From: an uncultured virus (IMG/VR IMGVR_UViG_3300036770_008353)
Lineage: Duplodnaviria; Heunggongvirae; Uroviricota; Caudoviricetes
IMG/VR virus record: IMGVR_UViG_3300036770_008353
Reading direction: 5' to 3' (one strand)
DNA: 64,000 nucleotides
A model generated the notes under the pieces. It was given only the letters and a program-made list of their open reading frames with translations. It was not told where the DNA came from and made no database searches. Shown piece after piece: positions 54,482 to 62,580 of the stretch (position 1 is its first letter; every line of letters starts with the position of its first letter). The position numbers and the translations under genes are program-made.

Positions 54482-55756
54482 TTAATCGACGCTTATTAAC
54501 TTAAGACCTTCAAGGTCGGTGGCAGCATACACGGTTTCACCGCTTGTCTGATTGACATTCGTGATCCTTACGTACTTCGTCTCACCTCCGATCATGACCT
54601 TTTCGTATGGATAGGGTGACAGACCGCGAGGATACGACTTTGCAGCGGGATCATTTGCGTCATGCTCATCTTCTGAAGTCCTTTGTGTCCGACGGATATT
54701 CCACCCTGGTTCACGCTGATCGGGTCTAACATTGGCGTCATTCTGCAAAGGAAGTGTGGGATCGTCGCTCCCCAACATGAAGTTGTCAGTCACCTCATTG
54801 ACACCAGGGACATCAGGTGCATTTGGAACAGAAACATCGAATTTAATGATAGGATAAGACACGTAACGTTTGACAGGCACGGGAGCACCTGGGGATTTTG
54901 TCGCCCAAGCATATGCAGGAACACGAATGGATAGCTTCATCTTCATGTACCTTTCTGATGTCGACATGTCTTCAAAATTCGTCTCGGTCTCAAAGCTGGA
55001 GTCTTCAGCCATGGCAACAAACCAATATCCCTTTGGGGTCGTCAACTTCCAAGCGCGACCCTGCGGAAGGAATGACGACATGACTTTTTCAGCTATCTGA
55101 TTCATGTGCTGCATGTACTGCGCCCAAATCGATATCTCGTAGGTAGCTGTATAAAACTGTGGTGATGGAACGACGAGGGTCTCGAAGATGTTGTTTCTTC
55201 TATGCGATTGAAGCAGTCCTCCTCGTTTGACGAAAAGCTCGTTTTGAAGGTCACCGATCTTTCTTGCTGTCATCAGTTGATTTTCAACAGGATTGATGTT
55301 CACGGCGACATTTTTTTGGTTCTCTATGAACGTTTTGTTGATTAAATTCTGATAGTCCCTGTCGGACTCATCCAACCTTCTTCTGACGACGATCTCACCC
55401 GTTTGTTGATTTATTCCTCTTCCGACAATGTCGTCGGCGGGTTGCTGTGAGACCTGTGATCGCATGATGGTGACAAGAGGCAGTATCAACGTGTTGTTTC
55501 TGTCTCGTATTGGCTTGCCTTTTTTAAGAAGAGCCCATTTTTCACCTGCGGCGAAGATGACAGGAACCTTCTTGAAATCGTTGGCTTCGCCTACAGAAAG
55601 CTGTATCTCCTGGTCAAACAGGTTGAACATGGCGACGTCGACGTCTTCTATTCCGCACGAGGGAATGAACAGGTCGCTTTTTAGGCCGTCATATCCTGAC
55701 TTGACACCTTGAACGTTATAGTTTACAGCATCTTTAGCATTGAACCTGGTCGTCAT
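54482..55756 (-). CDS. Tail completion / sheath terminator-like protein (gp15-like)
   Basis: IEDVDVAM, KVPVIFAAGEKWA, LILPLVTIMR; located between neck and sheath genes. Confidence 0.6.
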   Translation of the reverse strand: MTTRFNAKDAVNYNVQGVKSGYDGLKSDLFIPSCGIEDVDVAMFNLFDQEIQLSVGEANDFKKVPVIFAAGEKWALLKKGKPIRDRNNTLILPLVTIMRSQVSQQPADDIVGRGINQQTGEIVVRRRLDESDRDYQNLINKTFIENQKNVAVNINPVENQLMTARKIGDLQNELFVKRGGLLQSHRRNNIFETLVVPSPQFYTATYEISIWAQYMQHMNQIAEKVMSSFLPQGRAWKLTTPKGYWFVAMAEDSSFETETNFEDMSTSERYMKMKLSIRVPAYAWATKSPGAPVPVKRYVSYPIIKFDVSVPNAPDVPGVNEVTDNFMLGSDDPTLPLQNDANVRPDQREPGWNIRRTQRTSEDEHDANDPAAKSYPRGLSPYPYEKVMIGGETKYVRITNVNQTSGETVYAATDLEGLKLISVD

Positions 55757-55763
55757 TGTTTCC

Positions 55764-56432
55764 TCAATCCTCGTCGTAGAAAGACGATCCTACACGTGAG
55801 ACATCACCTTTTGGCGACACCTCACGCTGTCCCGTCAAAGGTCCATCGAGCACGCCATTCTTGACTAGGTCTCTGACGTCACCGTTCGGATCGTTAGGGT
55901 TGTCATCGATGCCTCGTTGCTGAACGAACGTCTGTTGCACGGCGTCAGGATCAGTGTAGCTGATGTCTGTCGGGCCCACGACGGGAGCATCGAATAGACC
56001 TTGACGAGCCTTCGTGCCGATGATGCGTATGCCGTCTTTGTGCTCAGCCATACCATAAATGTTACGAATGAAAGACCTCTCAGTGATCTCATAAAAAATA
56101 TCTGAAAAAGAAAAGTAATCACCTATGCTAACATTTATTCCTTTTTCTATGAGATCACGATGTTGAATGTATACCTCAATTTTATATTGAGCATCGACAC
56201 CAAACTTGTCGATCTTCGTTTCTGTCTGAAACTCATTGTTGACCAAGGCATCGATGATTATCGGGTTGTCATATATCTTTTTGATGGCTTCGTTATAAAC
56301 ACCATGTGTCTTTGTCTTTATCTCAGAAATGGGATAATAAATGACCTTCTGGCCGATGACATCCTTCATTATCTCTTTGGTAATGTCGGATATGAAGTTT
56401 AGTTCACGAGGAGTTAAAAATAACCTTGCCAT
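55764..56432 (-). CDS. Neck / head-closure protein (gp14-like)
   Basis: IGQKVIYY, GVYNEA, KFGVD, IGDYF; position in the neck cluster. Confidence 0.6.
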   Translation of the reverse strand: MARLFLTPRELNFISDITKEIMKDVIGQKVIYYPISEIKTKTHGVYNEAIKKIYDNPIIIDALVNNEFQTETKIDKFGVDAQYKIEVYIQHRDLIEKGINVSIGDYFSFSDIFYEITERSFIRNIYGMAEHKDGIRIIGTKARQGLFDAPVVGPTDISYTDPDAVQQTFVQQRGIDDNPNDPNGDVRDLVKNGVLDGPLTGQREVSPKGDVSRVGSSFYDED

Positions 56433-56439
56433 TTTTACC

Positions 56440-57615
56440 TTAGCCTATTGTTATGGATTTTCCAAGAGGCATCGGAATAAACCGAAGCTGCTTGTTCAGG
56501 TTCTCGGCGGCGAGGGCATCAGACTCCAGCATCTTTGCATGCGTCATGTTGAGAAGGAACTCTTTCATCTGGGTGACAAGCTTGTCCTTGTCTTCTCTGC
56601 CTTGGCTGACCAATGCCTCTCCATTTAGCTGCAGATCAGCGTTCGGTATGGGAATGTTTTGAAACTTTGAACGAATCAATCCTAGCAGCTCTTTACAAAG
56701 CGCTAGCGTATATTGTCGTATCCATTGACGACCTGGTTGATTTATCGTCGCAAATGGCAAATTATCCAACGGGAAATTGTTTGGACCTGAGATACCATTG
56801 ATAGAGTCATCCGTGTAAGCCGTAGGGTTATACGGATCATGTGGCGGCATCAATTTAATGTATAGCTTGCCCGTTTGAAGATCTGTTGTAGGTATTGGAT
56901 AGATTCTTAGTTTTGAGCCTAACACCTCGTAGGAGTAGTTAGATCTTCTAACCCTAAACGCTGACTCCAGCATTCCACGTCGAAGAACGTCTTCAAAGAT
57001 CGGCAACACGTAAAAAACAGTCGAATTGACGTATGACTCATAGTTGAAGTTTGTCGCAAGAAAGTTTGTAACGTTGGATGCGTTGAGAAGAAACGTCTGT
57101 GCAGCCAAAGGTTCAAAATGAAATATTTCAACGATTTTTAATTTACCTTTTGATCCTGAAGGCAGAGAGTTGTAAACATTGCTTCCTGAAACGATGTCTT
57201 TTACCTCTGAGTAAATGTCATAATCTTGTCGACCGCTTTGCAATTCAAGATATCCTAGCGTTGCGTTGTATGAACCTCCAACGAAAGCCTCAGTCGCGTA
57301 TGGCTCAGCCATCCTAAGAAGATACTCAAGGGATTGTCTGGCGTATTTGTTTGTCAGGTTTGTCGATGTCGAATTGCCTAAAACATTCGTCAATTCTGAA
57401 GTAATCTTTGTTTCGTGTATAAGCCTGCTGTACTCGCAGACAGCCTCTTCGAAACATGCCCATATTTCTTTGCGTGTTAGCTCAACTGAAAGGACGTCAT
57501 CGCCTAGCTTTCTTTTGACGAAAGTAACCATCGCGTCAGCCTCAGTCTGAAACACGGTATCGCTGTCAAAGAAAGAAAAAGGAGTTGGATTTATCGTGTC
57601 GTTGAAGCTGGGCAT
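56440..57615 (-). CDS. Neck / head-tail adaptor protein (gp13-like)
   Basis: KRKLG...VELT, WIRQYTLALCKELLG.IRSKF, LNGEAL; start at ATG 57615 after GGAGG. Confidence 0.7.
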   Translation of the reverse strand: MPSFNDTINPTPFSFFDSDTVFQTEADAMVTFVKRKLGDDVLSVELTRKEIWACFEEAVCEYSRLIHETKITSELTNVLGNSTSTNLTNKYARQSLEYLLRMAEPYATEAFVGGSYNATLGYLELQSGRQDYDIYSEVKDIVSGSNVYNSLPSGSKGKLKIVEIFHFEPLAAQTFLLNASNVTNFLATNFNYESYVNSTVFYVLPIFEDVLRRGMLESAFRVRRSNYSYEVLGSKLRIYPIPTTDLQTGKLYIKLMPPHDPYNPTAYTDDSINGISGPNNFPLDNLPFATINQPGRQWIRQYTLALCKELLGLIRSKFQNIPIPNADLQLNGEALVSQGREDKDKLVTQMKEFLLNMTHAKMLESDALAAENLNKQLRFIPMPLGKSITIG

Positions 57616-57619
57616 GCGC

Positions 57620-57643
57620 TCCTCCACACATAAATATGGAGGA
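57620..57643 (-). promoter_or_regulatory. RBS-sequestering hairpin with an ATATTTA motif in the loop
   Basis: Minus strand TCCTCCA-tatttatgtg-TGGAGGA-gcgc-ATG. Confidence 0.65.
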
Positions 57644-57658
57644 AATCACAATCAAACT

Positions 57659-57982
57659 TTATTTTAATCTTGCGATCGCAACGGCAATATTCTCGTCATG
57701 AGAAAAGCATGGAGACTTTTTGCTATCATTCCACGTCAACACAGAAGAGCTCTTGTCAGGCAACAAAATATAAGGAACGCCAGGCTGTAGTTTATCGTTC
57801 TTTTTTATAGCAAACTTACACCCCTTGATGAAATCACCATAATTTTTCAACAAGTACTCGTACAACCTAGGCCAACCCGATTGCACATCTTCAGGCTGGC
57901 ATTTCTTCAATCCGAAAAAATAAACGCCTTTCAACTCTTCACGAATAAACTTTCTTATAGTCTTGGCGTTGGGCATGTTCAC
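57659..57982 (-). CDS. Hypothetical protein with N-terminal TIRKFIREE motif
   Basis: 107-aa ORF coupled to the upstream gene. Confidence 0.6.
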   Translation of the reverse strand: MNMPNAKTIRKFIREELKGVYFFGLKKCQPEDVQSGWPRLYEYLLKNYGDFIKGCKFAIKKNDKLQPGVPYILLPDKSSSVLTWNDSKKSPCFSHDENIAVAIARLK

Positions 57983-58578
57983 ATGTTCTTCTTGAATTTT
58001 TGCGCCAACGTAGACACTGACTTGTTAACTTTTACAGGATCAGCATTGTGTACGTTTTGCTGTTTTTCAATCAAAGAAGCATACTTTTGTTTTAACGTAT
58101 TGACGAGACTCAACGCTTCTTTTATCTCATTCTGCTCATCAGACGTCTGTCGACTCTGCTCGACGACGATGGGTTTAGGTTCATTCTTTTGTTGTACTGC
58201 GACAGGTAGGGCCGAAGCTGTAACCTTTATTTCAGGCTTCGACATGATTGGCTTGACCTGTATTGACTCTGCGAATACCTTCATGGCCTTCTTAAAGTTG
58301 ATCTGGAATTGCACAGGTGAAAAATATCTGTTTTCGATCAGTACTTCAACCTTGGCGGAGTATGTTCCTTCTGAAAGCTTCTCTTTCATCTGAGGAATGA
58401 CGAATTGTACAACACCGTCTTCTGATGTTCCTTTTCCATTGAACATATAAGACACGTCACCGCTTTCGCAGACAAGACGAACCTTTGCTGGGGATGATGC
58501 ACCTTCAACCTGTATCTTAAACGCCAACTCGTTGGCTTCTTCCATGTCAAGGGTTATTGTTTCAGTTAACTGTTCCAT
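57979..58578 (-). CDS. Hypothetical protein (beta-rich N-terminal domain)
   Basis: 199 aa; ATAATTA upstream. Confidence 0.65.
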   Translation of the reverse strand: MEQLTETITLDMEEANELAFKIQVEGASSPAKVRLVCESGDVSYMFNGKGTSEDGVVQFVIPQMKEKLSEGTYSAKVEVLIENRYFSPVQFQINFKKAMKVFAESIQVKPIMSKPEIKVTASALPVAVQQKNEPKPIVVEQSRQTSDEQNEIKEALSLVNTLKQKYASLIEKQQNVHNADPVKVNKSVSTLAQKFKKNM

Positions 58579-58590
58579 CGCTCTTAATTA

Positions 58591-58950
58591 TTACTTAATT
58601 CGACTAATTGTGACTTTTATGTCCTCCCACGTGCTTCTGACTCTAGAAGTTATGGTTCCCATCAGGTTCACGGCTATGTGACGTGCCCTATCTATTCCAA
58701 CTCGTATAAAACCTTCCACCTTCTCATCAGGCTTTTTATCGTTGACGCGGACCAATTTTGCCCAGACCACTATCTCCTCGAGGCCCTCAACCGCTCTTTT
58801 GGCTGATGACCTACCTACTTTGATAAGTTGACGGACGGCCTCTTTCGCAATCCTGAATAGACCACCATAACCTTGGGTGACCAAACCTGCCACACCGGCC
58901 TTGCCACGAGAAGCACCCATTCCGCGGGTGATGATGCGATTGACAGGCAT
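58591..58950 (-). CDS. Hypothetical virion-region protein
   Basis: 119 aa, coupled to the upstream gene. Confidence 0.6.
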   Translation of the reverse strand: MPVNRIITRGMGASRGKAGVAGLVTQGYGGLFRIAKEAVRQLIKVGRSSAKRAVEGLEEIVVWAKLVRVNDKKPDEKVEGFIRVGIDRARHIAVNLMGTITSRVRSTWEDIKVTISRIK

Positions 58951-59837
58951 TACAGTTTGACCCTATCGAAGACGGCGTCCATCGACGGGTTGCCGTTCTC
59001 ATCGAAGAGGTTGAACCTTGCCACCTCGGTGGTGTTGTCCTCCTTATAGAATATCATCTGATCATTGATGATGTGCCAGCGACCGTATTGAATGTCGATC
59101 AAACGATCTACCTTCGCCTCTATGCTGCCAAGCGTACCACTTATTTGAGAAAGATCTGCGATGGCGCCAGACAGCAAGCTAACGCTGCTACTGATGTAAA
59201 CAGCCGATGATGATATAATTTGGGCTGAGGAAGAAATTGCGTAAACTGACGAGGACAATATCTGCGCAGATGACGACAGCGAGTTAATTGTGCCTGACAA
59301 ATCAAGTATCGCGGCATAAACATCATTCAGGGTACCTGACATCTGCGTGACCTGTGTACCGATTGTCGTAACATCACCAAAGATCTGGTTTGTGGTGAAG
59401 TTTATTGCATCGACGTTGCCCGAGACAATTAACAACGTGCTACGTATATCATTTACAGTGCCTGAGATCTGGGTCACCTGTGTAGACATCGTAGAAAGCG
59501 TACCCGTGATGTCACCCACTGCGCCTGTGAGATATTGTACGTTGTTGTCGATCGTTGCAATTCGTGGATCGTTTTCTTCAACGTTGTACTGTTCTGTTGC
59601 GTATGACGCCGTGAGGAATGCTGTGCCAGTGTCCCATAACACCTGACCTCTAAAGTTATCAGGAAACGAGATGTAGGCAGCGTAGATTCCAGGGGCAGTC
59701 TGATACACACCCGTCGTCGTCCTTGCAACGATTACGCTTCCGACTTCGTTCAGCAATTGGTAGCCGACACCGGTCGAACCGGTGGCGTTCAATTTAGACC
59801 TACCAAAGTTTACGTTACGAAGCTGCTGAAGAGGCAT
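58950..59837 (-). CDS. Putative fibre-like structural protein with heptad Ser/Thr repeats
   Basis: Repeats ISGTV, LSGTI, LSSSA, ISSSA, ISSSV at 7-residue spacing. Confidence 0.6.
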   Translation of the reverse strand: MPLQQLRNVNFGRSKLNATGSTGVGYQLLNEVGSVIVARTTTGVYQTAPGIYAAYISFPDNFRGQVLWDTGTAFLTASYATEQYNVEENDPRIATIDNNVQYLTGAVGDITGTLSTMSTQVTQISGTVNDIRSTLLIVSGNVDAINFTTNQIFGDVTTIGTQVTQMSGTLNDVYAAILDLSGTINSLSSSAQILSSSVYAISSSAQIISSSAVYISSSVSLLSGAIADLSQISGTLGSIEAKVDRLIDIQYGRWHIINDQMIFYKEDNTTEVARFNLFDENGNPSMDAVFDRVKL

Positions 59838-59870
59838 ATCCTAAATTATACTTCCTCTTCAACAAATTGA

Positions 59871-60320
59871 TCAAACAGGTTGCTCAAACCATCGATACGT
59901 CACACCGAAAGATACATCATTGGAACCAACGTTGGTGTAGGTCATCCTGAGGTAGAGACCTGCAACCACGAGTCCTGCCGTTGGTGCTATGATCTCCGCC
60001 TGGTGGTTCCAAGGGGCCAACGGAAGGGTTTTCACATATTCAGCCAATACAACTCCTGCACCATTTCCGAGAATATTGTCCTTGTCAACGACGGACAAGG
60101 AAACGGTGTCTCCGATGGTCGGAGTGGCGGCCCAGTAGTGACCTCCCTGCAGTCGGACCGTCGTAGTGACGACCTCGTCGTGGGTAGATGTGCCGACGGG
60201 ACACGTGTAGAGGTGACCGACGAAGCGAGCATTCTCCTCCGTGTAGGCATAGGGCATCTGTGCCACGACCTGGGCACCGTCTGTCGTTCTTGGATTGCCG
60301 CCGCTGATGAAACCGCTCAT
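59871..60320 (-). CDS. Putative structural protein
   Basis: 149-aa beta-rich ORF in the GC-richer cluster. Confidence 0.6.
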   Translation of the reverse strand: MSGFISGGNPRTTDGAQVVAQMPYAYTEENARFVGHLYTCPVGTSTHDEVVTTTVRLQGGHYWAATPTIGDTVSLSVVDKDNILGNGAGVVLAEYVKTLPLAPWNHQAEIIAPTAGLVVAGLYLRMTYTNVGSNDVSFGVTYRWFEQPV

Positions 60321-60949
60321 GCTACTGACTCCTGGTATCCCCTGACGATGCAGCGGAAACTGTTGACTGTCGTGAGGTTGTCTCGTATCCTGACGATGAT
60401 GGAGTCACCGCCACCGGAGGCTAGGACCACCGGTTTGTCGAGGTCGAAATCGAAGGAGACGTAGTCGTCCTGGGTGCCGACCGCGTTGACGAGGTTGGTG
60501 AAGGAATCGGCGTATCGAAGGAAGTCACCGAGGGTCCTGATGGGTTCGTTGGCGACCGATATGGTCTCTCCTGATTGGAAGGTCTCGATCTGGACTCCGT
60601 TGGTGAGAGGGGTGCCTGCTCCTGTTGCGGTACCGAAGCGGCGGAAGTCGGCGGTGTTGAGTTCCATTGAGGCATCCTCGAGGAGGAACCTCATGCCTAC
60701 TATCCATTGGGTGCGGCTAGGAACCGATGAGATCTTGTATTCCACCGGTGTGACGGAACCGTTCACGTTCATCTCAAAGGCACCGGATGAGTCCTTGAGG
60801 TATTCCCTGAGGAGACGGAGATTGGCGATGTCGGCAGGTGAGGTTCCACGGCTCGTCTCGGAGATGGTCTGAACCTTGAGGGCGAAGTTTTCGGTGACCT
60901 CTGCGTGGCGACCGGATCCGGTTCCGTCTATCAGTTGTGATTTCAGCAT
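60317..60949 (-). CDS. Putative structural protein (IDGTGSG family)
   Basis: N-terminal LIDGTGSGRHAEVTENFALKV. Confidence 0.6.
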   Translation of the reverse strand: MLKSQLIDGTGSGRHAEVTENFALKVQTISETSRGTSPADIANLRLLREYLKDSSGAFEMNVNGSVTPVEYKISSVPSRTQWIVGMRFLLEDASMELNTADFRRFGTATGAGTPLTNGVQIETFQSGETISVANEPIRTLGDFLRYADSFTNLVNAVGTQDDYVSFDFDLDKPVVLASGGGDSIIVRIRDNLTTVNSFRCIVRGYQESVA

Positions 60950-60961
60950 TAGTTCACCTGG

Positions 60962-61546
60962 TCAGGCTGCCTGTGGATAGTAGATGCGTAGGACCGCGAT
61001 TGCGTTTGCGGCAGTGGTGCCTGTGGGTGGTGTGAGTCTGATTCCGATGGATGAACCGGTGGGGAGTATCCTGCCGAATGGGAAAATGATGATTCCGTCA
61101 CCGGAGGACTTGATGGGGAAAGCCGACACAGTGCCGTCAGTGAAGGTGGCACCTTGAACACCGCGGTAGAATAGACCGGTGGGTTCCTTGCTGGAACCGT
61201 GGTTTACGTTGGTGGGAGTTGCCGCAGTGGCGGTGGAGATGATTGTACCTGCGGTGGGGTTACGAACGATGCCGAGGGTCCAGTCTCCTGTGCCTGTGGT
61301 GACGGTACCAAGGTGAAGCCTGAGGCGGTCCACGATCATGTCACCGTCACCGGAGTTCTTGATGTAGAGGATTGCCGACTCAGTTGCGGCAGTGAATGAA
61401 ACGATGGCACTTCCTACCTGCCATGCCTCGCCTTCAACTGACGCGACTCGTTCTTCATCCACCGTTGCAGCGTGTACCTCGAGCCTGTTGGTTGAATCAA
61501 CTGCGGCCAAGTATCCATTACCTTTTCCATCTTCAATCTTTGCCAT
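60962..61546 (-). CDS. Putative structural protein (IEDGKGNG family)
   Basis: N-terminal IEDGKGNGYLAAVDSTNRLEV; ILYIKN. Confidence 0.65.
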   Translation of the reverse strand: MAKIEDGKGNGYLAAVDSTNRLEVHAATVDEERVASVEGEAWQVGSAIVSFTAATESAILYIKNSGDGDMIVDRLRLHLGTVTTGTGDWTLGIVRNPTAGTIISTATAATPTNVNHGSSKEPTGLFYRGVQGATFTDGTVSAFPIKSSGDGIIIFPFGRILPTGSSIGIRLTPPTGTTAANAIAVLRIYYPQAA

Positions 61547-61561
61547 TTTTGTCTCCTAAGT

Positions 61562-62137
61562 TCAGGCGATGAGGTACCCTGAGAAACCTGTGTAGATGTT
61601 TGCCGTTTGAGCACCGTTTAGTTGACAAGTAACGATGAGGGCGTTGTTTCGAGGAACTGTGATGTATACCTCGCCAAAGACCCTCGTGCTTGCGGTCTGT
61701 GTCTGGAATAGGGTGGGGGTGGTGGGTAGTGTGGCCGTGAGAGGTGTGCCGCTTGACTGTTTCAGGGTGGTGAAGTTGAATGACTTACCTGAACCGATGG
61801 TGCGGTTCACTACAATGGTTTCAACACCGCCTGAGACTGAGGTGGGATTGGGATAGACTCGTAGGAGTGCGTTTTCGGTGGGACTTCCACCTGCGACTCC
61901 GATGCCGATGAACCACGCAGCGATCACAACATCTGAGGTCTCGAGGTTCTTGAAGTAGAAGAGAGGAGTCTCGGTTCCGACCGTGATGGAAACGAACTCC
62001 GTGTTCACGTTGAAACCGAGGCCTGTTTGAGATGCCTCCTGGTATGAGGTATCGTTGATGCCTTGCACGGCCAACCTGTTATCGGATGTGACCTCTGTGA
62101 GGTAACCCCTGCCTTTTCCGTCCTGTATGAAGTTCAT
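61562..62137 (-). CDS. Putative structural protein (IQDGKGRG family)
   Basis: N-terminal IQDGKGRGYLTEVTSDNRLAV; LFYFKN. Confidence 0.65.
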   Translation of the reverse strand: MNFIQDGKGRGYLTEVTSDNRLAVQGINDTSYQEASQTGLGFNVNTEFVSITVGTETPLFYFKNLETSDVVIAAWFIGIGVAGGSPTENALLRVYPNPTSVSGGVETIVVNRTIGSGKSFNFTTLKQSSGTPLTATLPTTPTLFQTQTASTRVFGEVYITVPRNNALIVTCQLNGAQTANIYTGFSGYLIA

Positions 62138-62151
62138 GTTTTCCTCTTATA

Positions 62152-62580
62152 TTATTGCAAGTCTAGTTCGATGTTTTCTGCATCGGTGATTAATTGTAGG
62201 TGAGCGTTCATTTTCTTGAGCTCGAGGAGTATCTGCTGGAGGAGCGCCTGGGTCTGAAGGGATTCAGATAGGGCGACCTGTTGGTTGTTCCTCTCCACCA
62301 GGGTGTTGTTGGAGTTGCCATCGAAGGTTCCGGTGCGGCGGGGAGGTGTGTCCTTGAAGTTGTTCTCAAAGTCCTGGGTGTCTGGGGATGACGTTCCCTT
62401 CGGTAGGGAGATCTGCTGAGTGACACCGGCGTAGGGTTCGGTGACGACCGTATAGAAGTCACCGCGGTCGTCGTATTGGAAAGCCAGGGTCGCGATTGTG
62501 CCGTCGAGGTACTTCCTGAAGTCGGACCAGGCATCTATCCTGGAAGTTGTTACTTGATCGTAATCGAATGTGATAGTCAT
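62152..62580 (-). CDS. Hypothetical protein
   Basis: 142 aa, C-terminal helix LLQQILLELKKMNAHL. Confidence 0.6.
   Translation of the reverse strand: MTITFDYDQVTTSRIDAWSDFRKYLDGTIATLAFQYDDRGDFYTVVTEPYAGVTQQISLPKGTSSPDTQDFENNFKDTPPRRTGTFDGNSNNTLVERNNQQVALSESLQTQALLQQILLELKKMNAHLQLITDAENIELDLQ

Noticed and set aside
48140..55756. Bacterial extracellular contractile injection system (eCIS) rather than a phage
   Set aside because: Neck proteins, a long tape measure and a full phage replication module indicate a phage genome
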